Assembly: GCA_964596535.1 (NCBI GenBank)
Contig: CAZQUR010000001.1
Span: forward strand, 26,574 to 90,573
Direction: 5' to 3'
From: an uncultured Desulfobacteraceae bacterium
GTDB taxonomy: Bacteria > Desulfobacterota > Desulfobacteria > Desulfobacterales > UBA2156
Length of the DNA: 64,000 bases
The notes under the pieces: model-generated
Told to the model about the DNA's origin: nothing
What the model saw: the letters and a program-made list of their open reading frames with translations, nothing else
The model's database searches: none
Position numbers and translations under genes: made by a program
In this document: in pieces, positions 27,082 to 36,600 of the stretch
How the letters are laid out: every line of letters starts with the position of its first letter
How positions within the stretch are numbered: the stretch's first letter is position 1

Positions 27082-28492
27082 AATCCAAACCGCCATGGTC
27101 TTGAATCTCGACAAGTGCATCGGCTGCCATACCTGCAGCATCCCTTGCAAGAATGTATGGACCAACCGCCGGGGCGCCGAATACATGTGGTTCAACAACG
27201 TGGAGTGCAAACCGGGAATCGGGTATCCCAAGAAATGGGAGAACCAAAAGATTCACCGGGGAGGATGGCGGCGCAAGGGGGACCGCCTTCAACTTGCGGC
27301 CGGAGGGCGACTCCACAAAGGGATCAACATCTTCCACAATCCGGATCTTCCGACCCTCGACGACTATTACGAGCCGTGGCATTACGATTATGAAAGGCTG
27401 ATCAAGAGCCCGAAGCGCCGCCATCAGCCGTCCATCCGGCCACTGTCCGATTTGACGGGCCGGCCCATGGACCTGGAATGGGGACCCAACTGGGAGGACG
27501 ACCTGGCAGGCCTGAAGACAACGGGTGCCGGGGATGTCAATTTCAAAGGCCTGGAGATGAAAATCTATCTGCACTTCCGCCGTGTTTTCATGTTCTGGCT
27601 GCCACGGCTGTGCGAACACTGCCTCAACCCGGCCTGTGTGGCCTCGTGCCCGTCCGGCGCCTTGTATAAGCGACACGAAGACGGCATCGTCTTGGTGGAC
27701 CAGGAGCGCTGCCGGGGATGGCGGTACTGCGTCTCCGGCTGCCCGTACAAAAAGGTCTATTTCAACTGGAATACGGGCCGGGCCGAAAAATGTCTCTTTT
27801 GTTACCCGCGCGTGGAGGCCGGATTGACTCCACTCTGCGCCCATAGTTGCGTCGGCCGCATCCGATACGTGGGGATCCTTTTTTACGATGCCGATCGAAT
27901 TCTGGAGGCGGCATCGGCCTCCTCGGACAGGGCAGTTTATCCAGCCCATCTGGAGATTCTGCTCGACCCCCGCGATGCGACGGTCCAAAGCGCCGCCGAA
28001 TCCCAGGGGATCCCCGGCTCTGTCATGGCGGCGGCCGTGCGGTCACCGGTCTACCGGTTGATTAAAGCGTGGCGGTTGGCCCTTCCGCTGCACCCGGAAT
28101 TCCGGACGCTTCCCATGGTGTGGTACATTCCGCCCCTGAGTCCCATGAGCGATGCGACGGCCGCGTTCCACGAACCGGATTTGATCGGCCGCCTCCGCAT
28201 TCCCGTCGTCTATCTGGCGAATCTCCTCACGGCCGGAGACGAGCAACCGATCCGAAACGCCCTGAACCGGCTGTTGGCCCTCCGGGAATATATGCGGGCC
28301 AAACGGGTTGAAGACCGCATCGATCAACAGGCCCTTGACCGGGGCGGCATTTCCGAAGAAACCGCCGAACAGATGCTCCGCCTTCTGGCCTTGGCCCGCC
28401 TGGAGGAACGCTTTGTCCTGCCGGCCGGGCCGCCCGTAGACACCGATGTCGCGACCCAACAGGGTGTTTGCGGCTTCGGCGAGGCCGGGTGA
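27071..28492 (+). CDS. narH: respiratory nitrate reductase beta subunit
   Basis: MKIKIQTAMVLNLDKCIGCHTCSIPCKNVWTNRRGAEYMWFNNVECKPG, plus further Cys clusters (CEHCLNPACVASCPSGA, CRGWRYCVSGCPYKK, CYPRVE). It overlaps the narG end by 11 nt. Confidence 0.95.
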   Translation: MKIKIQTAMVLNLDKCIGCHTCSIPCKNVWTNRRGAEYMWFNNVECKPGIGYPKKWENQKIHRGGWRRKGDRLQLAAGGRLHKGINIFHNPDLPTLDDYYEPWHYDYERLIKSPKRRHQPSIRPLSDLTGRPMDLEWGPNWEDDLAGLKTTGAGDVNFKGLEMKIYLHFRRVFMFWLPRLCEHCLNPACVASCPSGALYKRHEDGIVLVDQERCRGWRYCVSGCPYKKVYFNWNTGRAEKCLFCYPRVEAGLTPLCAHSCVGRIRYVGILFYDADRILEAASASSDRAVYPAHLEILLDPRDATVQSAAESQGIPGSVMAAAVRSPVYRLIKAWRLALPLHPEFRTLPMVWYIPPLSPMSDATAAFHEPDLIGRLRIPVVYLANLLTAGDEQPIRNALNRLLALREYMRAKRVEDRIDQQALDRGGISEETAEQMLRLLALARLEERFVLPAGPPVDTDVATQQGVCGFGEAG

Positions 28493-28514
28493 TCGAATCC
28501 ACCGGGATGCATTC

Positions 28515-29096
28515 ATGGAAACCGGAAACCGTAACGTTTGGTTTCGACTCCTGTCGGCATTGCTGCAATATCCCGATGATGCACTTCTAGGCCGCCTTGC
28601 CGACATGGAAGCGGACGCGGAAACGCTATCCTCGACCGAGTCCAGAGCCGCCGTTGAAACCTTTTTGTCGTATCTGAAAAAGACACCCCCCACCCGGCTC
28701 CGGGAAAATTATACGGCGATATTCGACATGAACCCCGCCACGACCTTGAACCTGACATGGCATGTGTATGGCGACAATGAAAAACGGGCCGATGCATTGG
28801 CGGGGCTGCAGCAGGTTTACGATGGGGCGGGATGGGAACGGATCACGGGGGAACTCCCGGATTATCTTCCCTTGATACTGGAGTTTCTTTCCATCTGTCC
28901 GGAACCCAAAGATACCGGGCGGATCCGGGAGGCCCTGAACGGCATCCATCCATTGATCAAAGGGCTGGAATCGACCGCGCCGGCCTATGCCGCTTTAATC
29001 AGGTCCGTTGCCGGTATGGCGAAGAAACACAGCGGGCAGGAAGAAACCTCGGGCTCCAGTCCGGTTGGAGAAGGGGTGCGGGGGCGCCAAGCATAA
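28515..29096 (+). CDS. narJ: nitrate reductase molybdenum cofactor assembly chaperone
   Basis: 193 aa from ATG 28515. Its position between narH and narI and the NarJ-like LLQYPDD...YTAIFD...LPDYLPLILEFLS support the call. Confidence 0.85.
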   Translation: METGNRNVWFRLLSALLQYPDDALLGRLADMEADAETLSSTESRAAVETFLSYLKKTPPTRLRENYTAIFDMNPATTLNLTWHVYGDNEKRADALAGLQQVYDGAGWERITGELPDYLPLILEFLSICPEPKDTGRIREALNGIHPLIKGLESTAPAYAALIRSVAGMAKKHSGQEETSGSSPVGEGVRGRQA

Positions 29097-29106
29097 GGAG
29101 ACCGCC

Positions 29107-29796
29107 ATGGACCTTTCTTATACCCTGATTTTTACCGTCTTTCCGTATTCGTGTTTCGCCACCTTTGTTGTGGGCCATGCCTATCGTTATGTCACGGACC
29201 GGTACGGGTGGAATGCCCGTTCCAGTGAGTTCCTGGAAAAAAAAGCGCTCTTTCTCGGATCCACCCTCTTTCATTGGGGGATCGTACTCACCTTCATGGG
29301 GCATTTCGGCGGGCTGTTGATTCCCCAATCCGTCTATGACCGATTCGGTTTCGACAGCCGGGCGCATCTGGCCGTTGCCCACTGGAGCGGCATGATGGTG
29401 GGCGTGGCGGCCCTTGCAGGGATTGTCCTCCTCTTGTGGCGGCGCCTCACCCACCCCCGGGTGCGGGCGGTGGGGACGCTCAATGATACAATAACGGTGG
29501 CGGCACTGATGTTCGTGATCGGTGCCGGCCTTTTCAATGTCCTTTTCGGGCATCACAATGTCCTTTACACCGTCGCTCCCTGGATCCGGGGAATCGTCAC
29601 TTTCACCCCCGACGCGGCGCTGATGCGGGAGGTCCCGCTCAGTTACAAGATTCACGTCACTGCGGCATGGGGGCTCCTCGGTTTTTCGCCCTTCAGCCGC
29701 CTGGTGCACATCTGGAGTATTCCGGCCTTTTATTTTTTCCGGAGACACATCGTCTTCCGCCGCCGCCCCGGACATGCCCGAGGCACGTTTGTTTGA
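29107..29796 (+). CDS. narI: respiratory nitrate reductase gamma subunit (di-heme b)
   Basis: 229 aa from ATG 29107 (AAGGAG upstream), about 5 TM. The heme-ligand His pairs lie in FHWGIVLTFMGHFGG and KIHVTAAWGLLGFSPFSRLVHIWS. Confidence 0.9.
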   Translation: MDLSYTLIFTVFPYSCFATFVVGHAYRYVTDRYGWNARSSEFLEKKALFLGSTLFHWGIVLTFMGHFGGLLIPQSVYDRFGFDSRAHLAVAHWSGMMVGVAALAGIVLLLWRRLTHPRVRAVGTLNDTITVAALMFVIGAGLFNVLFGHHNVLYTVAPWIRGIVTFTPDAALMREVPLSYKIHVTAAWGLLGFSPFSRLVHIWSIPAFYFFRRHIVFRRRPGHARGTFV

Positions 29797-29853
29797 AAGG
29801 AAACGCCGCGTGCCGCCGGAAACGTATCCGGAGATTTCAAAAAGGAGATGCCG

Positions 29854-30945
29854 ATGACACCCACCCCGGGGATTCCGGAACCCGGCGACAAAGCGAATCA
29901 AGCCGGTTTTTTCAAAGAGCGTCTTGAATCACTCCACCCCGCCTATTTCGCCTTGGTCATGTCCACAGGAATCGTCTCCATTGCCGCCCATTACCAGGGT
30001 TTCGGGCTCATCGCCGGGGGGCTCTTCGGTCTGAATATCGGCGCTTACGGTATCCTTTGGGTCCTTTACATTGTCCGGATGATCCGGTTTGCAGACCGCT
30101 TCAAGGCGGATTTTCGTGATCATACCCTGGGCTTTGGGTTTTTCACCGTGGTGGCCGCATCCGGTGTGCTTGGAAGCCAAGTCCTCTTGCTTACGGGGAG
30201 CTTCATCGTGGCATCCGCCCTGTGGTATCTCACCATCGTCTTGTGGATCGGCCTGATATACGGCATTTTTACCGGCCTCATCACCAAAGAAAACAAGCCC
30301 ACCATCGCCGAAGGGATCAACGGTGGATGGCTGTTGGCCATCGTGGCCACCCAGGCCGTGACGGTGTTGAGTACGTCCGTTGCACCGTTTTTTCAATCAT
30401 GGCGGGAGCCCGTGCTGTTTCTGGCGTTTATCACCTGGCTCTTTGGGGGGATGCTCTACATCTGGGTCATCTCCCTGATTTTTTATCGATACATGTTCTT
30501 TCACTTCTCCCCCCGGGACCTGACCCCGCCCTACTGGATCAACATGGGGGCCGTGGCCATCTCCACCCTCGGCGGTACCGGACTCATTGCCAATGCCCGG
30601 GTCCCGTCCTTTCTCCATGAACTCCTGCCCTTTTTAAAGGGTTTCACCTTCTTCTTCTGGGCCACGGCCACCTGGTGGATTCCGATGCTGGTGATTCTCG
30701 GCGTGTGGCGGCACATCTATCGTCGATTCCCTTTGCGGTACGACCCTTTGTTCTGGGGTGCGGTCTTTCCCCTGGGTATGTATACCGCCTGCACGCACCG
30801 CCTGGCCGAGGTGACCGGAATCCCTTTTATTGCGGACATTCCCAAAGGCTTTGTATACGTCGCTTTGGGGGCATGGTTGCTGACGTTCGCCGGCATGGTG
30901 CATGGACTCTTTGCGGGCATCCGGTCGGGCCGGTCTTCGCCGTGA
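29854..30945 (+). CDS. TDT/SLAC1-family (TehA/Mae1-like) anion transporter
   Basis: 363 aa from the second ATG (29854, 6 nt after AAGGAG). It is a ~10-TM hydrophobic protein, and the [19 protein letters not shown] start is typical of PF03595-type proteins. It lies 58 nt downstream of narI on the same strand. Confidence 0.75.
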   Translation: MTPTPGIPEPGDKANQAGFFKERLESLHPAYFALVMSTGIVSIAAHYQGFGLIAGGLFGLNIGAYGILWVLYIVRMIRFADRFKADFRDHTLGFGFFTVVAASGVLGSQVLLLTGSFIVASALWYLTIVLWIGLIYGIFTGLITKENKPTIAEGINGGWLLAIVATQAVTVLSTSVAPFFQSWREPVLFLAFITWLFGGMLYIWVISLIFYRYMFFHFSPRDLTPPYWINMGAVAISTLGGTGLIANARVPSFLHELLPFLKGFTFFFWATATWWIPMLVILGVWRHIYRRFPLRYDPLFWGAVFPLGMYTACTHRLAEVTGIPFIADIPKGFVYVALGAWLLTFAGMVHGLFAGIRSGRSSP

Positions 30946-31062
30946 GGGAGGTAGAGGTATTGGAACCGGCACCCGGTGATGCGCCGAAGGGGAGGGATGC
31001 GGAAAAAAACGAAGGCGGGAAAAAAGGGAATGCTTCTGTGCAAAAGACCCCTGGAGGAATGT

Positions 31063-31353
31063 ATGAACGCCATCGAGGCGTTTCACGGATGGAACGCTCC
31101 GGGGATGGTTCTGGGCGTGTTCATGACCGATTTGTACCAGCGGCACAAAAAATCAGGGATCCGTGTCTGCCCGGAATGCGGCGAAGCCTATGCCGCCGCC
31201 CAGGGAAAAATCTGTCGATCCTGCAGTGGAAAAGGATATTATCGGCTTGAAAGCCACCGGGATGACGCGTCATCCTCCCTTGTGGATCCCCCTAAGGGGG
31301 ATGCTGGTCCGGGCCCTATGGATAAACCGGTGCTTGAGCCGCATTTCAGATGA
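31063..31353 (+). CDS. FmdE-like mini-protein (N-terminal FHG motif + zinc ribbon; central domain missing)
   Basis: 96 aa from ATG 31063 (GGAGG 5 nt upstream). MNAIEAFHGWNAPGMVLGVFM resembles the FHGHxCPGxxxGxRM motif of FmdE/FwdE-family proteins. It is followed directly by CPECGE..x12..CRSC, and the usual ~90-aa core between them is absent. Confidence 0.4.
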   Translation: MNAIEAFHGWNAPGMVLGVFMTDLYQRHKKSGIRVCPECGEAYAAAQGKICRSCSGKGYYRLESHRDDASSSLVDPPKGDAGPGPMDKPVLEPHFR

Positions 31354-31469
31354 TGCTATGGAGGGCGGACGGTTGTCGATTCTCCCGGGATCGTACCACA
31401 AACCGGCGATGGCATTGGTTTCCGGGATGCAGGGATGGGTCCGAGGCGCGGGACAGGATTCCTGTGTGA

Positions 31470-32105
31470 TTTCGATGGTTCCAAGTCGTCCTTTCGGCCG
31501 TTTACGATTCCAAAACGGTTATCTTTGTCTTGTTTCATAACAACTGGATGGTGTATGCCGGTTTGGGGATGATCGTGCTCTGTTGGGCGTACATCTATCG
31601 GACCCCCATGGGCCTCCGGTTGCGGGCCGTGGGGGAGGATCCCCGGGCCGCCTTTGCCCGGGGCGAAAACCCGGTGCGGCTGCAATGGATCTACATCCTG
31701 TGCGGCGGCTTCCTGGTGGGGGCCGCAGGTGCGGCCTTTTCCCTTTTCGTCAAGCCGGGATGGGGCCGTCCCCAAGGTGCGGAAGGGACCGCATGGATCG
31801 CCCTGGCCCTGGTCATTTTCGGGGGGTGGCATCCCATACGCGCCGCCGCCGGGGCGTATCTCTTTTCCTTTTTACAGGTGCTGGGCATCTATTTTCAAGG
31901 ATGGATCCCCACGGTTCCGGCTCAGGTTTTCCAGGTGGCGCCTTTTCCCCTCATGATATTCACGCTTTTGATCATCGCCTATGCCCATCGGACCGCCGAC
32001 CCTGGGGAAGACCGGCGCCGTTCCCGGCTCAAAGCGCTGTTGGAGCTTTTCTCCGGCGCCGCGCCGTCGGCCCTGGGAAAACCCCTTCGCCCGGGGTCCT
32101 TATAA
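31470..32105 (+). pseudogene. C-terminal remnant of a BMP/ribose-type ABC transporter permease
   Basis: The frame is open from 31470. LFHNNWMVYAGLGMIVLCWAYIYRTPMGLRLRAVGEDPRAAFARGENPVRLQWIYILCGGFLVGAAGAAFSL..VAPFPLMIFTLLII matches only the last ~45% of such permeases. Upstream, weak permease-like fragments (FRPFTIPK) lie in another frame. There is no start, no RBS and no partner ABC genes. Confidence 0.6.
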
Positions 32106-32317
32106 CGGGGACGCCGCTCGGAGACCGCCAGATATGTTTTACTTTAAGCGCCACTTGAACCGCAACAACGGGCCCGTCTCCTGCCGCGTTGACCGGAGAG
32201 CGTTAATTTCACCTGAACGACGGGAAAAAAGATATGATGCGTGCCCACTGGTTCCAGCATGTTCCTTTGAAGGATTGGGAAGTATCGCGCCGTGGCGTCC
32301 GGAAAAAAAATACCGCA

Positions 32318-32794
32318 TTATCCACTACCCGACGGCCAAGCCCCTGTCGTTTCTGACCGGTGCCGGCGGATGACAAACCACCGGGCGAACCAATACGCGG
32401 CAACAGCCGGCAGAATGCCCAAAATCATTCCCGCCGAGACCATGGCAACCGTTAAATCCGTTCCCATTTTCATCAACTCCAACACCGTGCGCGGGCGCGC
32501 ATCAAAAGGCGTCAGGTTGAAAAAAAAGGTGCCCACGCGGTAACTTAGAAAATAAAAAAGGGGAATGGTGGCGGGGTTGGCGAACCAGACACCGATGACC
32601 GCCGCTGCTTTGCTCCCTTTGAAAAGAAACGCCAGCGCCACCGCCAAAACGGTGTGAAACGGGATGGTGGGGGTAATTCCCACAAAAACACCGATGGCAA
32701 ACCCCAGCGCAATGAAGTGGGGATCCCCTTCCAGCCGTTTGACCTTTTGGTATAAAACCCTGAGCCGGTCTTTGATGTTTTGAGATATATTCAT
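32318..32794 (-). CDS. DUF2062-family membrane protein
   Basis: 158 aa. GDPHFIALGFAIGVFVGITPTIPFHTVLAVALAFLF..NPATIPLFYFLSY is the DUF2062 pattern. Confidence 0.6.
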   Translation of the reverse strand: MNISQNIKDRLRVLYQKVKRLEGDPHFIALGFAIGVFVGITPTIPFHTVLAVALAFLFKGSKAAAVIGVWFANPATIPLFYFLSYRVGTFFFNLTPFDARPRTVLELMKMGTDLTVAMVSAGMILGILPAVAAYWFARWFVIRRHRSETTGAWPSGSG

Positions 32795-33002
32795 TAACGG
32801 CTATTGTTCTTTCGGAGGACGCCATTCAGGAGTCGGTCGCCACAGGAGATCATTAGATACCACTACGATTTTCTAGTTTCAATTCTTTTCGACGCCTTCT
32901 TTTGGAAGAAAAAAGGCCATGAACTTGACTTTTTCTTGAATAACGAGTAATTTCTATAAAATGATTCGTATTGCGGCAAATCCGGCAAAAAAGGAGGAAC
33001 GC

Positions 33003-33377
33003 ATGGTTAAGAAAAGAGGAAAACCGGTGAGTTTCGACGCCATGGTGAAATTTTTCATGCAGGCCTATCAAATTCCCACCAAACGCGATGTCGATAAAAT
33101 CCTGAAAAGCATGGAGCGGATTGAGGGACAACTCAAGACACTGATGAGTCAAACGCCTTCTGCTTCCCGGAAAAAGAGAACCCCGCGCGAAAAATCAGAA
33201 GGGAATGCCACGAGCCGTGTCCTGGAAGTCATCCGGAAACACAAAGACGGGATCGACGTTCCGGGTATCCGTACCGAAACCGGATTTGAAGATAAAAAGC
33301 TGCGCAATATCATCTTCCGGCTGCACAATCTCGAAAAAATAAAGCGAAAGGGCCGGGGCGTTTACGTCGCTGCCTGA
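33003..33377 (+). CDS. hypothetical protein (coiled-coil N-terminus, winged-helix-like C-terminus)
   Basis: 124 aa from ATG 33003 (AAGGAGG 6 nt upstream). There are no family motifs I can name with confidence; the PTKRDVDKILKSMERIEGQL segment is reminiscent of phasin/PhaF-type helices. Confidence 0.5.
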   Translation: MVKKRGKPVSFDAMVKFFMQAYQIPTKRDVDKILKSMERIEGQLKTLMSQTPSASRKKRTPREKSEGNATSRVLEVIRKHKDGIDVPGIRTETGFEDKKLRNIIFRLHNLEKIKRKGRGVYVAA

Positions 33378-33385
33378 CCGGAATC

Positions 33386-33425
33386 CTTCCCGCACGCCCG
33401 CCTTTTAAGGCGGGGTTAAGGGAAG
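33386..33425 (+). terminator. extended GC-rich hairpin immediately after the 33003-33377 gene
   Basis: CTTCCC-gcacg-CCCGCC-ttttaa-GGCGGG-gttaa-GGGAAG, starting 9 nt after the stop. There is no U-tail. Confidence 0.35.
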
Positions 33426-33455
33426 CGATCTTAAAACGGGCATTTTCCTTACCGG

Positions 33456-33485
33456 GGAGCCCCGCCCTTCAGGGCGGGAGGCTCC
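33456..33485. repeat. second GC-rich hairpin, related in sequence to those at 33397-33414 and 2563-2587
   Basis: GGAGCCCCGCCC-ttca-GGGCGG(ga)GGCTCC forms a 12-bp stem with a 2-nt bulge. Confidence 0.5.
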
Positions 33486-33636
33486 ATTCCACCGATAATC
33501 CATATTTTCAGGCGATGTTAAATGCCGGGTGTGTTTCGGCAGGACCATAAGGACGCGGTTTTTTCTTTGTTCGGCCTGAAAAAAAGATCTGAAACCCTGC
33601 CCAGCGGTTCTCGGACGACGGGGGCCCGGGTGTCCA

Positions 33637-36600
33637 ATGGGATCGGAAGATAAAAAGGAGAAGCGTGTGACGCAATCGGCTTTGCCCGAAGAGATGTTTG
33701 CACAAGGACAGCGCGTATCGGGGTATACAGTGACACGATGCGCCGCATTGGATCGGATCGAGGCGCAGGTGGTGGAACTGCGGCATGATGCCACCGGCGC
33801 CCGGCACCTGCATATTGCCAGAGCCGACAGGGAAAACACCTTCGGCGTCACCCTCAAAACGGTTCCCCGGGATTCCACCGGCGTGGCCCATATCCTGGAG
33901 CACACGGTTTTGTGCGGATCGAAACGGTTTCCGGTGAAAGACCCCTTTTTCTCCATGCTGAAAAGGAGTTTGAGCACCTTCATGAACGCTTTTACGGCAC
34001 CGGATGCCACCCTCTATCCCTTTTCCACCCAGAACCGCAAGGATTACTACAACCTCATGGATGTCTACCTGGACGCCGTCTTTCATCCGAGATTGGATCC
34101 CTTGAGCTTCAAGCAGGAGGGACACCGGCTCGCGGTCGAAGAAAATCCGGAAAATCCCGAAGCGGTCTCCCTGGCCTTTAAAGGGGTGGTTTATAGTGAG
34201 ATGAAAGGCGCCATGTCCTCCCCCGACCAGGTGATGGTGCGCTCCATTCTCAACGCCCTCTACCCCTCCACCACCTACCGCCACAATTCCGGGGGGGAGC
34301 CGCTGGAAATTTTGGATCTCACCTACGACCAATTGAAGCGGTTCCATGATGTACACTATCATCCCAGCAACGCCTACTTTTATACGTACGGGAACCTTCC
34401 GTTGGAAGATCACCTGGTTTTCATCGCTGAAAGGGTCCTGGATCAATTCGGCCGCATCGACCCGGCCACCGATGTTTCGCCGCAACCCCGCTGGGAACAA
34501 CCCGAGTCGGCGCAGTATTTCTATCCATTCGGACCGGATGAAGCCGGCGCCAGGAAATCCCAGGCATGCGTGGCCTGGTTGACGGCGGACGTGAGAAACG
34601 CCTTCGATGTCCTGACGCTGACCCTTTTAACCGAGATCCTTTTGGGGAACGCCGCATCGCCCTTGAGAAAGGCCCTCATGGATTCCCGGTTGGGAAGCGC
34701 CCTTTCCGACGGCACCGGCTATGAACCCGATTACCGGGACACCCTGTTCGCCTGCGGCCTGAAAGATATCGACGCCGCCCGGGCCCACGACGTGGAAGAA
34801 ATTGTCCTGGAAACGCTGGCGGGTCTGGCCCATAAAGGGATCGACAAGGACCTGGTGGCATCGGCCATCCACCAACTGGAATTTCACCGGAAGGAGGTGA
34901 CCCATCATCCCTATCCTTACGGCATCAAGCTGCTCATGGCCTCCTTCGGGCCCTGGCTGCATGACGGAGATCCCTCTGCGCGGCTCATGTTCGAAAACGA
35001 CCTGGAAAAAATCCGCGCCGCCCTGAAGCAGGGTCCTTTTTTCGAAGAGGCGATCCGGCGATTCTTCCTTGATAACCCGCACCGGGTCCTTTTGACCCTT
35101 TCCCCGGATCCGGAAATGGAAGAAAAGATCGAAGGACAGACGCAAAAAAAGCTCAACGCGATCAAAGAAAGACTGACCCCGAAAGACATTGAAAAAATCC
35201 GCGCCGACGACCGTGCGCTCCAGGCCCTGCAGGAATCCGAAGAGCCGGTGGATCTGCTTCCCACCTTGAAGATCGAGGACATCCCTCCCCTTGTGGTTCG
35301 GGTAACACCTTCCGAATTTGAAAACGCCCCGGCGGTTTGTTACGATCAACCCACCGCCGGCATCTTTTACTTTACGGCGGCGGCCCGGATCGCGGGCCTC
35401 GATGACGCCGACTTGTCTCTGGTGCCCTTTTTCTGTTATGCTTTGTCGAGAATCGGCACGAAAACGAAGGATTATGTCGAGTTGGCAAAAAAGATCAGCC
35501 GGTTCGCCGGAGGCATCGGTTTTGCCGCCAACGCCCGCACCCGCTGCGACACCGCCGGTGAAAGCGCGCCGTTTCTGGCATTGGGCGCCAAATGCCTCAA
35601 CCGGAATCGGGTGCATGTCTTTGACATCCTCGACGAGATCCTGTCGGCCTTCGACACCACGGATCTATCCCGCATCGCCGCGCTTCTCGATGAATATCGG
35701 GCGGGCCTGGAAGCCGGCGTGGTTCATAACGGGCATCGGCTCGCCATGTCCCTGGCCTCCCGGAATTTTGTCCCCGCCGCCGCCTTGGACGAGATCTGGC
35801 ACGGCGTGACCCACCTCAAGGCCGTAAAAGCGATAACGGCACACCCGAAAGACGATTTTCCGGCGGCGTTCGCAAAACGGTTGGAGACCATCGGAAAGAC
35901 CGTGTTTCAACCCGAAAATGTGCAAATGGCCTTCATCGGGGATGCAAAAACTCTGAAACAGGCGGCCCGGGACGTTCGCGGCAGCGCATTTTTATCGCGC
36001 GTTCCCGAACCCGCGGCTTCGGCGGCGCCCTTTGACTCCCCTCCTGTGGAGATCGGAGCGGAGCGCGTCCGGGAGGGATGGAGCACGGCTTCGGCGGTCT
36101 CTTTCGTGGCCAAAGCGTTTAAAGTGGTTCGGATGGTTCACGAGGATGCGCCGGCCCTGTCCGTCATCGCCAAGCTGTTGCGGTCATTGATTTTACACCG
36201 GGAAATCCGGGAAAAGGGCGGGGCCTACGGCGCGTTCGCCGTCTACAATCCGGAAGCGGGTGTCTTCAGCCTGTGCTCCTACCGGGACCCCCATATCGTG
36301 GAGACACTGAACGTGTATGACAAGGCCGCGGCGTTCATCCGCTCCGGCGATTACACGGAAACGGACGTGGCGGAAGCCATCTTACAGGTTTGTTCCGAAA
36401 TCGATCGGCCGGATCCCCCCGGACCCGCCGCCAAGAAGGCCTTTGTCCGGAGCCTGATCCGCCTTTCCGATGATGACCGGCAACGCTTCAAAGAAACCCT
36501 GTTATCCATCACCCGGGACCGTGTGGTGGATACGGCCCGAAAGTACTTCGCCCTTGAAAGCACGGATTGTGCCGTGGCGGTCATATCGGGGGACCCGCTC

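Noticed and set aside
31163-31540. 125-aa ORF (and the antisense ORF at 31356-31832) in the region between the FmdE-like gene and the permease remnant.
   Set aside because: It has no RBS, no motifs and a composition typical of out-of-frame reading. Short stretches resemble permease sequence only in other frames, consistent with a degraded gene rather than a new one.
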